Below are positions 29,248 through 37,681 of a stretch of DNA of 64,000 nt, in pieces. The notes beneath the pieces were generated by a model, which made no database searches, was not told the origin of the DNA, and saw only the letters and a list, made by a program, of their open reading frames with translations. Origin of the DNA: an uncultured Planctomycetia bacterium (GTDB taxonomy: Bacteria; Omnitrophota; Gorgyraeia; JABMRN01; RBG-13-46-9). Each line of letters starts with the position of its first letter. The stretch's first letter is position 1. The translations under genes were made by a program, and so were the position numbers. The stretch spans positions 16,428 through 80,427 of the forward strand of contig CAZYPU010000001.1 in assembly GCA_964649665.1 (NCBI GenBank), in the 5' to 3' direction.

Positions 29248-29897
29248 GTTTTAAAGGCGCGATATTCGATTTGGACGGCGTTATCGTAGATACCGTGCCG
29301 TTTCATTTCAAGGCGTGGAAGAAAATGTTTTCCGAATACGGCAGGGATTTTACCCATGAGGATTACAAGCGGAAAGTCGACGGCATACCGCGGCTTGACG
29401 GCGCGAGGGCTATTCTTACGGATCTCGGCGCCGTGGAGCTTGAAGAGGCCGCCGCGAAAAAGCAGCGATATTACCTCGCGCTGGTTGATTCCGGAGAGAT
29501 CGAGACCTATCCTTCCACGGTGGAGCTGATAAACGAACTTAAGAAAAACGGAGTAAAAATCGCCGCCGCCTCTTCAAGCAGGAATTGCAGATACATACTG
29601 GAAAAGGTGAAGCTCGTTACGCTTTTTGACACTATTGTAGGCGGAGGAGATTTTAAAAAAGGAAAACCGGACCCAGAAATATTTCTTCTGGCCGCTTCGA
29701 GGCTCGGGTTTTCCGCGCCCGAGGTAGTGGTTTTTGAAGACGCGATACTCGGCGTGGAAGCCGCCGAAAACGGCGGCATGCGCTGCGTCGGCATCGCAAG
29801 AAAGGAAGGCAAGCAGGTTCTTAAAAAAGCGGATATCGTGGTAAGGGACTTAGTCGAGGTTGATTACGCGAAACTGAAAGGACTTTTCAAGGCATGA
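29244..29897 (+). CDS. pgmB: beta-phosphoglucomutase (HAD)
   Basis: IFDLDGVIVDT..HFKAW, ASSS.N, GKPDPEIFL, FEDA..G; adjacent to GH65. Confidence 0.85.
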   Translation: MSFKGAIFDLDGVIVDTVPFHFKAWKKMFSEYGRDFTHEDYKRKVDGIPRLDGARAILTDLGAVELEEAAAKKQRYYLALVDSGEIETYPSTVELINELKKNGVKIAAASSSRNCRYILEKVKLVTLFDTIVGGGDFKKGKPDPEIFLLAASRLGFSAPEVVVFEDAILGVEAAENGGMRCVGIARKEGKQVLKKADIVVRDLVEVDYAKLKGLFKA

Positions 29898-32206
29898 AGA
29901 GCAGGTTTTATAAATATCTGGCGGATAAAAGCTGGCTCATTGTGGAAAACGGGTATTCCCCCCGCGGCTTAAAAGTGAAGGAGAGCCTATTTACGCTCGG
30001 GAACGGCTATATCGGCTCAAGGGGTATTTACGAAGAAATACCCGACGGTACAGAAGCGGGTACTTACATAGCGGGCATTTATGATAAAGCGGTTTCCATG
30101 GTCCCGGAACTGGTAAACGCCCCTAACCCGATCGATTTTCGCATTGCGGTAGAAGGCGAAAAGCTGGATATCGGCAGGATGGATATTGTCGAAAACAAAA
30201 GAGTGCTCGACTTGAAAAATGGTATCCTTGCGAGAAGAACGATATTTTCGGACACGAAAAAAAGAAGGTTTTTATACGAATCGCTTCGCTTTTTCAGCCT
30301 GCGCGAGGCGCACATCGGGGCGATGCAGGTTTACCTGAAAGCCATGGATAGGCCCGCCAGGATTATCGTCCAGGATACGGTGGATGATTCGGTGACAAAT
30401 CCCGGGGGCATCCTTGAAGGGAGAAAGAGGCACACACAGCTTGTGGATGTCTCGGCCGCTCCGGACGTAAATTATCTTTGCGTCAAGACGTTTACGAACA
30501 AAATCTGGATTGCTTACGCCTCGTTTCTTGCGATCGGAAGGGGCCTGGGCCAGGGCGTGGGCACGCTGAACAAGATCTTTAACATGTCGTTAAAGCGGGG
30601 CGAAACGGTATGTTTCACGAAAATTTTCTCAATACGCACCTCCAAGCATATCAGGCGCGAAAAGCTGAAAAGGATAACGGTAAAGGAACTGCAGCGGGCA
30701 AAGCAGACAGGATTCACGGCGCTTCTGAAAAGCCATACCGCGGCGTGGCGGGAGAGATGGAAGACGGTGGACATAAAAATAGCGCAAGACAAAGAAGCCC
30801 AGAAGGCCCTGCGTTTCAACATATACCACCTGCTCATAGCCGGCAAGGAAGGCGATGGCGACGTAAGTATAGGCGCGAAGACTTTGAGCGGGTACGGCTA
30901 CAGGGGGCACATTTTCTGGGACACGGAAATTTTCATACTGCCGTTTTTTATATATACAAACCCCCACATAGCCAGGAATCTTCTGATGTACAGGTTTCGC
31001 CGGCTTGGCGCGGCCCGGGAGATAGCTAAAGCCAAAGGATACAGGGGCTCGCTTTTCCCCTGGGAATCCGCCGACACCGGCCGTGAGACAACCCCGCCGT
31101 ACGCGAAAAACCTGGATGGTTCCATTATAGAAATCCACACTGGCGAGATGGAACATCACATCGTCTCCGATATCGCCTACGGCGTCTGGCATTATTTCAA
31201 CATCACAGGCGATGTTGACTTTATGCTGGAGGCGGGGCTTGAGATGCTGTTTGAGGCGGCCAGGTTCTGGGCCAGCCGCGTGACGCGCAAACGCAGGAGA
31301 AAGAAATTCGACATAAACGGCGTCATCGGCCCGGATGAATTTCATGAAAACGTAAACAATAACGCCTATACCAACAAAATGGCCCGATGGAACCTCCTCA
31401 TGGCGAAAGATCTTCACAAGCGCTTTTGCAAACAAAGGCCGCGCGCCCTGAGAAGGGTAATGAGGAAAATTTCGCTCAAGGAAGAGGAGCTTAAGCACTG
31501 GGCGTACGTAGCGGAAAATATGAAATTCCCATTTTCGCAATCGAAAGGAATTATCGAGGAGTTCGACGGATATTTCAGAAAAAGGGATGTCATCCCGAAA
31601 AAATTCAACCACTACTTTATGCCGATCGTCCCCCACGATATTTCCCTTTCCGACATCGCGAAAACACAGCTGGTAAAACAGGCCGATGTCGTGATGCTCA
31701 TGTATCTTCTTTCGGAGAATTTCAGGGAAAGCCAGAAAGCGAAAAACTATTTATATTACGTGAAAAGAACCCTGCACAAATCTTCATTGAGTCCGAGTAT
31801 TCATTCAATAATCGCTTCCGAAGTTAAAGACCGCACAAGGAGCTATCTGTACTTTCTTTTTTCGCTCTACGCGGACTTGAAAAATACCCACTCCAATACG
31901 GGAGACGGCATACACGCCGCCTCGCTTGGCGGCACGTGGCAGGCGGCGATAATGGGATTCGCCGGCTTCAGGAACATACATAATCTGCCCTCCTTCGAGC
32001 CGCGCCTTCCCGCGCACTGGAAAAATATGAAATTCTGCCTTAAGTGGAGAAAATGCATCCTGAAGATCTTGGTCAGCAATAAAAGGGTAAAAATTTACGC
32101 CGAAAACCAAAAAAAAGGCGCCATGCTCATCAAATGTTTTAATTCGGTTTATAAAATACCATTTAACAAAACGCACACATTTTACGATAAAAAAGAAAAG
32201 AGGTGA
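29894..32206 (+). CDS. glycoside hydrolase family 65 phosphorylase (trehalose/kojibiose/maltose type)
   Basis: LGNGYIGSRG, YRGHIFWDTE, GPDEFHE, KQADV, SSLS. Confidence 0.92.
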   Translation: MKSRFYKYLADKSWLIVENGYSPRGLKVKESLFTLGNGYIGSRGIYEEIPDGTEAGTYIAGIYDKAVSMVPELVNAPNPIDFRIAVEGEKLDIGRMDIVENKRVLDLKNGILARRTIFSDTKKRRFLYESLRFFSLREAHIGAMQVYLKAMDRPARIIVQDTVDDSVTNPGGILEGRKRHTQLVDVSAAPDVNYLCVKTFTNKIWIAYASFLAIGRGLGQGVGTLNKIFNMSLKRGETVCFTKIFSIRTSKHIRREKLKRITVKELQRAKQTGFTALLKSHTAAWRERWKTVDIKIAQDKEAQKALRFNIYHLLIAGKEGDGDVSIGAKTLSGYGYRGHIFWDTEIFILPFFIYTNPHIARNLLMYRFRRLGAAREIAKAKGYRGSLFPWESADTGRETTPPYAKNLDGSIIEIHTGEMEHHIVSDIAYGVWHYFNITGDVDFMLEAGLEMLFEAARFWASRVTRKRRRKKFDINGVIGPDEFHENVNNNAYTNKMARWNLLMAKDLHKRFCKQRPRALRRVMRKISLKEEELKHWAYVAENMKFPFSQSKGIIEEFDGYFRKRDVIPKKFNHYFMPIVPHDISLSDIAKTQLVKQADVVMLMYLLSENFRESQKAKNYLYYVKRTLHKSSLSPSIHSIIASEVKDRTRSYLYFLFSLYADLKNTHSNTGDGIHAASLGGTWQAAIMGFAGFRNIHNLPSFEPRLPAHWKNMKFCLKWRKCILKILVSNKRVKIYAENQKKGAMLIKCFNSVYKIPFNKTHTFYDKKEKR

Positions 32207-32210
32207 TTTT

Positions 32211-32591
32211 ATGCTTTATGTAAGGGACGTTATGAAAAAAGAAATCATTGCCGCTAAAATACACGAGCCCATACAGCATATCAGCAAGGTCCTCACGGAA
32301 AAAAAGATAAGCAATATGCCCGTTATGGACACAAGGGGCAGGCTCATAGGCGTTGTTTCCGAGCAGGACATCATAAGGGCGATGGAATCGGAGAATTTCA
32401 TGAAGCTTACGGCAAAAGACATCATGACAAAGACGGTTCGTTCCGTGAAGGAGAACGATTCGCTTGAATATGTTTCGAAAATTTTCGTAGAGCACCCCTT
32501 CAGGCGGCTTCCCGTTACGCGAAACAAAAAAGTAGTGGGCGCCGTAACGCGCGAGGACATAATAAACAGCTTTATGAGCGAGTATTATTAA
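32211..32591 (+). CDS. CBS-pair protein
   Basis: VRDVM...PVMD..GRLIGVVSEQD...AKDIMT...RRLPV...VGAVTRED. Confidence 0.9.
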   Translation: MLYVRDVMKKEIIAAKIHEPIQHISKVLTEKKISNMPVMDTRGRLIGVVSEQDIIRAMESENFMKLTAKDIMTKTVRSVKENDSLEYVSKIFVEHPFRRLPVTRNKKVVGAVTREDIINSFMSEYY

Positions 32592-32600
32592 TAAAAAAAC

Positions 32601-32628
32601 TTGTCATTTCGGAGGATTGTGGTATAAT
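32601..32628 (+). promoter_or_regulatory. sigma70 promoter (extended -10)
   Basis: TTGTCA -16 bp- TATAAT, preceded by TG. Confidence 0.55.
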
Positions 32629-32656
32629 CCTCTTTATTGAAAGGCGGGGTAAGAAA

Positions 32657-32848
32657 ATGGGTAAAACTTTAAGTATTGCAATGGGCGCTCTGGCAGCGTT
32701 CGTAGGGCTCGTCCTTCTCATAGCCTGGTGGTATGAATTTCTTTTTATGCTGAGAGCCGCTGTTCCGGTCCTGCTTATAGCCGGCGGACTTATCGCGCTT
32801 TTTGCCGGGTTCAGCGAGTTCAGGGATACGCTGAAAAGCCGGAAATAG
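32657..32848 (+). CDS. small 2-TM hypothetical protein
   Basis: Own promoter and two hydrophobic helices. Confidence 0.7.
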   Translation: MGKTLSIAMGALAAFVGLVLLIAWWYEFLFMLRAAVPVLLIAGGLIALFAGFSEFRDTLKSRK

Positions 32849-32871
32849 CCCGCAAAAACCGCCATCCATAA

Positions 32872-32919
32872 CTACTACAAATAGTAGCTTTCCACGTCGA
32901 CATCTACAATATATTGTGT
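32872..32919 (+). promoter_or_regulatory. tandem NrdR boxes
   Basis: ctaCTACAAATAGtag (32872-32887) and ctaCAATATATTGtgt (32904-32919), 32 bp apart, matching acaCwAtATaTwGtgt directly upstream of an RNR gene. Confidence 0.85.
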
Positions 32920-32927
32920 TTTCCCCC

Positions 32928-32955
32928 TTGACAAAGTGACTTTTTATGATATACT
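32928..32955 (+). promoter_or_regulatory. nrdJ promoter
   Basis: TTGACA -16 bp- TATACT with TG extension; SD GGGAGG before ATG 32981. Confidence 0.7.
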
Positions 32956-32980
32956 TATTTTCACCGGGAGGAAATCTGAA

Positions 32981-35251
32981 ATGAAAAATAAAAATTTACA
33001 TTTTTCGGAAAACGCAATGAAAGTCATGAAAAGAAGATACCTTGCGAAAAACGAAAAAGGCGAGAGTCGCGAGTCCCCGGAGGAAATGTTTCGCCGCGTG
33101 GCCGCAAATATCGCCTCGGCTGACGCGCTGTACGATAAAAGTAAGGATACCCGCAAAACCGAAGACGAATTTTATAACGTAATGACGGGCCTGGAATTCC
33201 TGCCGAATTCTCCCACCCTGATGAACGCCGGCAGAGACCTCCAGCAATTAAGCGCTTGTTTCGTCCTGCCGATAGAAGATTCGATGAATTCCATATTTGA
33301 AACCATTAAAGATACGGCCATGATCCACAAGTCAGGCGGCGGCACCGGCTTCAGTTTCTCGCGCCTCAGGCCGAAGAATTCCCCCGTCCGCTCTACCGGC
33401 GGGATCTCAAGCGGCCCGGTTTCTTTCATGAAAGTGTTCAACGCCGCCACACAGGCGGTAAAACAGGGAGGCACAAGGCGCGGGGCGAACATGGGCATAC
33501 TGCGCGTTGATCATCCGGATATACTTGAATTTATCACCTGCAAGGAGAACGACAAAGAGATAACCAATTTTAACATTTCGATAGGCCTGACCGAAGATTT
33601 TATCTCCCGCGCCTCCGAAAACCGGGAATACGAACTTATCGATCCGCACACGAAAACACCCTCCGGCAAATTGAATGCCAGGTCGGTTCTGGATCTGATC
33701 ATTAAAATGGCGTGGAAAAACGGCGAGCCGGGCATTGTCTTCATTGACCGGCTGAATAAGAATAATCCTACGCCCGAACTCGGCGAGATAGAATCAACCA
33801 ATCCCTGCGGCGAGCAGCCTTTACTGCCTTACGAAAGCTGCAACCTCGGCTCAATCAATCTTTCGCTGATGGTAGATGAGGAATCGAAAAAAATAAATTG
33901 GGAAAAACTCGCAAAAACCGTAAAGATCGCCGTGCATTTCCTGGATAACGTGATTGACATGAACAGATACCCTTTAAAGCGCATAGAGGAAACGACAAAA
34001 GGCAACCGCAAGATCGGCCTCGGCGTGATGGGTTTCGCGGACATGCTGATAAAACTCGACGTAAAATATGACTCCGAGGAAGCCGTGAGGGTCGCGGAAA
34101 ACACGATGAAATTCATCCTGGAAAAAGCGCTTGAGGCCTCTCGCGTTCTCGCGGAAGAAAGAGGAACTTTTCCGAATATTGAAAAGAGCATCTATGCCAA
34201 ACACCCCCGACTCCGGCTTAGAAACGCGACTCTTACGACAATCGCGCCGACCGGCTCCATAAGCATCATCACCGGCTGTTCCAGCGGCATAGAGCCGCTT
34301 TTCGCGCTTTCGTACGTCAGGAAAATTCTGGATAACGAAATCCTGGCCGAGGCCCACCCGATTTTTGAAAAAACCGCAAAAAGAGAAGAATTCTATTCAC
34401 CCGAACTTATGAAAAAAATAGCCGAAACCGGCTCGATAAAAGACATAGAAGAAATACCGCCTCACATAAGGGACGTTTTCGTTACGTCCTTTGATATAAC
34501 GCCACCCTGGCACATAAGGATGCAGGCGGCTTTCCAGAGGCACACGCATAACGCCGTATCCAAGACCGTGAATTTTCCGAACTCAAGTACCGAGGCCGAT
34601 ATAAACGAGGTGTACATGCTAGCGTATAAGACGGGCTGTAAGGGCGTTACCGTGTACAGGGACAAATCGCGCCAGGAGCAGGTATTAAATATCGGAAAAA
34701 AAGAGGAAGACAAAACCGCAGCGCTCACTTCGAATATAGTTCCGAGGCCCAGGCCCGACGTCATCTACGGCACGACCACGAAAATAGCCACCGGATGCGG
34801 CAATCTTTATGTCACTATAAACGAAGACGAAAACGGACTTCCCTTCGAGGTATTCATGCAGATGGGAAAAGCCGGCGGATGCGCAATGAGCCAGCTTGAA
34901 GCCATTGGCAGGCTTCTGTCTTTGGCCCTGAGAAGCGGCATAGAGACGGGCTCCATCATCGAGCAGTTGAGGGGGATAAGATGCCCGTCGCCGAGCTGGG
35001 AAAAGGGCGGAAGGATATTTTCCTGCAGCGACGCTATCGCGCGCGTCATAGAAAGGCGCCTCGTTAAAGTAAAAAGAAAAGAAGAAAGCGAAGCGAAACC
35101 CGAGCCGCTGTCCCCGCCGGAGACAGGCGGTGTGGCCGTGAAAAAGAAAGCGGGCAGTGTTGTCGGCGTGTGCCCGGATTGCGGCGGGGCGCTGTGGCAC
35201 ATCGAAGGATGCATGGTCTGCAGGTCCTGCGGGTATTCCAAATGCGGATAA
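32981..35251 (+). CDS. nrdJ: class II (adenosylcobalamin-dependent) ribonucleotide reductase with TSCPD and Zn-ribbon tail
   Basis: PNSPTLMNAG, LSACFV, TNPCGEQ.L, TIAPTG, SKTVN, SCSDAI, CPDCG...CRSCGYSKC. Confidence 0.93.
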   Translation: MKNKNLHFSENAMKVMKRRYLAKNEKGESRESPEEMFRRVAANIASADALYDKSKDTRKTEDEFYNVMTGLEFLPNSPTLMNAGRDLQQLSACFVLPIEDSMNSIFETIKDTAMIHKSGGGTGFSFSRLRPKNSPVRSTGGISSGPVSFMKVFNAATQAVKQGGTRRGANMGILRVDHPDILEFITCKENDKEITNFNISIGLTEDFISRASENREYELIDPHTKTPSGKLNARSVLDLIIKMAWKNGEPGIVFIDRLNKNNPTPELGEIESTNPCGEQPLLPYESCNLGSINLSLMVDEESKKINWEKLAKTVKIAVHFLDNVIDMNRYPLKRIEETTKGNRKIGLGVMGFADMLIKLDVKYDSEEAVRVAENTMKFILEKALEASRVLAEERGTFPNIEKSIYAKHPRLRLRNATLTTIAPTGSISIITGCSSGIEPLFALSYVRKILDNEILAEAHPIFEKTAKREEFYSPELMKKIAETGSIKDIEEIPPHIRDVFVTSFDITPPWHIRMQAAFQRHTHNAVSKTVNFPNSSTEADINEVYMLAYKTGCKGVTVYRDKSRQEQVLNIGKKEEDKTAALTSNIVPRPRPDVIYGTTTKIATGCGNLYVTINEDENGLPFEVFMQMGKAGGCAMSQLEAIGRLLSLALRSGIETGSIIEQLRGIRCPSPSWEKGGRIFSCSDAIARVIERRLVKVKRKEESEAKPEPLSPPETGGVAVKKKAGSVVGVCPDCGGALWHIEGCMVCRSCGYSKCG

Positions 35252-35258
35252 TCAACTT

Positions 35259-35373
35259 GCCATTGCGAGCGACCGTCTCCGACCCTACAGGTCGTAGACC
35301 CGGAGGGAAGGGGGCGAAGCAATCTCATAGTTTTAGATTGCTTCGCCCCGACTTCGTCGGGGCTCGCAATGAC
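35259..35373. repeat. GTCATTGCGAG-family palindromic element
   Basis: GCCATTGCGAGC...CGAAGCAATCT...AGATTGCTTCG...GCTCGCAATGAC; same core as inside the MITEs but without MITE ends. Confidence 0.8.
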
Positions 35374-35387
35374 GAATAATATATGTA

Positions 35388-36407
35388 ATGAAAATCGCGA
35401 TAATCGGTTTTCCGGGGTGCGGCAAGTCGACCTGTTTCAAAGCCATTACGCGAAAGAAAAAAGAAGAGACCCAAACCCTTGACCCCACCAAACCGCATCT
35501 CGGCGCGGTAAAAATTCCCGACCCGAGGCTTGAAAAATTAAGAGCCCTCTTTAATCCAAAAAAACTCACGAACGCCGAAATTATTTTTGAGGACCTGCCG
35601 GGCTTTCACATTCCGCAGATCAAAGAAGTAGAGGCCCTTGTGGAGGTTCTGGGTATTTTTTCCGGAAGGGACCCTATTAAAGACATTGAAAACGCGGACG
35701 TTGAATTTATGTTGAGCGATCTGGAAATAATCAATCACAGGCTCTCAACCCTGGAGAAGGAACTGAAGGTCCCCAACCCGCCGAGAGAAAGGCTGAGAGA
35801 GCGCGATACACTGCTGGAGTGCAGGGAATTTCTTGAGCAAAACAGGCCGCTCAGGGATTTGGAATTGAAAAAAGACAGGGAGAGGGAAATCCGCGGCTTT
35901 CAGTTTTTAAGCCGGAAACCGGTCTTTATTCTCGCCAATATAGATGAAAACCGCAAAGCCGCCGACATAACGGAAAAGACAGAAAAATTTTGCCACGGGA
36001 AAAAAATCAAATGCATGGAGTTCTGCGCGAAACTCGAATCCGAAATCGCCGATCTTGAAGAAAAAGAAAGGGATGTCTATATTGAGGAAATGGGGCTCGA
36101 GAAAGAATCCCCGGAAAGGATGATCAGCTCCGCCTATGGCGCCCTTGGCTATATAACGTTTTTCACGGTTAAAGGAAACGAAACAAAAGCCTGGGCCGTT
36201 AAAGCCGGCACCTCCGCCATAGATGCTTCGGGGAAGATACATTCGGACATACAGAAAGGATTCATAAAAGCCGGGGTCATAGGTTTTGATGATTTACTTG
36301 CGTGCGGTTCGATGCAGGGCGCGAAGAAAAAAGGGTTGTTGAAATTAGAGGGAAAAGATTATACAATAAGAGACGGGGATATAGTTGACTTCCGATTCAG
36401 CGTTTAA
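35388..36407 (+). CDS. ychF: YchF-family (Obg-like) ATPase, divergent N-terminal G domain
   Basis: GFPGCGKST, PDPRL..L, C-terminal FFT...AW...GKIHSD..KGFI...EGKDY...DGD...FRF. Confidence 0.8.
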   Translation: MKIAIIGFPGCGKSTCFKAITRKKKEETQTLDPTKPHLGAVKIPDPRLEKLRALFNPKKLTNAEIIFEDLPGFHIPQIKEVEALVEVLGIFSGRDPIKDIENADVEFMLSDLEIINHRLSTLEKELKVPNPPRERLRERDTLLECREFLEQNRPLRDLELKKDREREIRGFQFLSRKPVFILANIDENRKAADITEKTEKFCHGKKIKCMEFCAKLESEIADLEEKERDVYIEEMGLEKESPERMISSAYGALGYITFFTVKGNETKAWAVKAGTSAIDASGKIHSDIQKGFIKAGVIGFDDLLACGSMQGAKKKGLLKLEGKDYTIRDGDIVDFRFSV

Positions 36408-36427
36408 ATACGAAAAAGTCCTCCAAT

Positions 36428-36513
36428 TGTCATTCTGAGGCGCTTCGCCGCCGAAGGCGGCAGGGCGCCGAAGAATCTTAACGATAAGATCCTTCGCTCG
36501 GCTCAGGATGACA
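36428..36513. repeat. REP-like palindromic element (TGTCATTCTGAG...CTCAGGATGACA)
   Basis: Terminal inverted repeats and internal CGAAGAATCT/AGATCCTTCG stem. Confidence 0.75.
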
Positions 36514-36584
36514 GGTGGAATGGCTTTTTCAATAGTTGTTGCACTTTTTCGACAAACAATTTAAATTCAAATGGCAAAATTCAA

Positions 36585-37142
36585 ATGTTTCAGACACTGC
36601 TTTTAATTTTGATCCTGTCAGTTCCGCTCACCGGGTGCGGCCGCGTGAGCGAAAGTAAAATAAGCGAAATTCTCAAGAAAGATCCCTCGTTCGAAAAAGA
36701 TTTAAGCAGAAAAAAACAGATAGCTTCGAAAATCTCGGATTTAAAAAACTCCCACCGGGAAGAGAAGCGCGATATTGCCCAAAAAATACGCACGCTCGAA
36801 ACAAGTTTGAAGGATAAAAGGAATGCTCTCAACACGGCGATTCTTTCGCTGGAGGCCGGAATTCAGCCGAACATACGCGAACTGCGCGCCGGGCTGAAAG
36901 GGAAACGCTCCGAATACGCCTTAAAGAATAAGGAATTTAAAAGTTCCATCGCGAAGGCGGAAAATATAAGAAAACTTCTTGAGAAGAAAAAAGAACTTGC
37001 CCTTTCATCGGACGAACTTTCCGTCTGGAATAAGAGGGTGCAAAAGCTTGAAGAGAAAATCACCGCCCTCCGCAAAACGCTTGAAGAAATCCGGGCCAAG
37101 ATCCGCCTCATCAAAACCGAGATCCGCATCCTCGAAGAGTAA
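36585..37142 (+). CDS. coiled-coil lipoprotein
   Basis: Lipobox LTGC followed by heptad-rich K/E/L sequence. Confidence 0.75.
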   Translation: MFQTLLLILILSVPLTGCGRVSESKISEILKKDPSFEKDLSRKKQIASKISDLKNSHREEKRDIAQKIRTLETSLKDKRNALNTAILSLEAGIQPNIRELRAGLKGKRSEYALKNKEFKSSIAKAENIRKLLEKKKELALSSDELSVWNKRVQKLEEKITALRKTLEEIRAKIRLIKTEIRILEE

Positions 37143-37183
37143 AACCACACTCCATCGTGAAGTCTTCCGGCATGCATTTTAGG

Positions 37184-37332
37184 GCTTTGCTTTGGGGTGC
37201 ATTCTTCCGCTTGCCGCTCGAAAAAGGATGCGCGCCTTTTTCTCGCTGTGACAAAAATCACTCATGTTCTAAATGGCGCGATTGTATTCGCGATTTTTGA
37301 CAGTCGCTCCAGAACACACCCCAAAGCAAAGC
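37184..37332. repeat. palindromic element with 16-bp terminal inverted repeats
   Basis: GCTTTGCTTTGGGGTG (37184-37199) / CACCCCAAAGCAAAGC (37317-37332), internal AAAAATC/GATTTTT stem. Confidence 0.7.
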
Positions 37333-37340
37333 TTCTAGTT

Positions 37341-37493
37341 ACAATAGGGGACGTTTCACTTTGACGTAACAGCTTGCGAATAAAGATGTTAGAACACGTC
37401 ATTTTCCGCTTTTTTTCTACAAAAGTGGAAAATGGCAAGTTGTATATTATTGTAACACAATGAGTTATGGCAAAGTGAAACGTCCCCTATTGT
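37341..37493. mobile_element. 153-bp MITE-like element with 23-bp perfect terminal inverted repeats
   Basis: ACAATAGGGGACGTTTCACTTTG / CAAAGTGAAACGTCCCCTATTGT plus an internal CATTTTCC/GGAAAATG hairpin; no target duplication seen. Confidence 0.6.
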
Positions 37494-37572
37494 CATTAAA
37501 TCAACCCAAGCTAGCGTGCACTTCTCCGTGAATAGTTGACCCGTGTTAAAGATAAAAAAGCCAGATTAAATA

Positions 37573-37615
37573 TTACACTCCTGTGACACGCCGAAGCCGT
37601 GGATATGCTATATTA
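37573..37615 (+). promoter_or_regulatory. conserved giant-gene upstream motif, copy 1
   Basis: TTACacTCCTGTGACAC-N14-TATGCTATATTA; same blocks and spacing at 50583-50625; contains extended -10 TGcTATATT. Confidence 0.75.
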
Positions 37616-37681
37616 CTCAAGACAATATTGCGGAGCCGCACACGCGCTTCAATAGTATTATAAAAGGCAAGATATAACCAT

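Noticed and set aside
17962-31636. Long minus-strand ORFs (e.g. 17962-18699, 21135-21911, 30629-31636)
   Set aside because: Antisense shadows of well-supported + strand genes with no motifs of their own.
32849-32980. Cobalamin riboswitch upstream of nrdJ
   Set aside because: The space is filled by NrdR boxes and the promoter; the leader is too short and no B12 box is visible.
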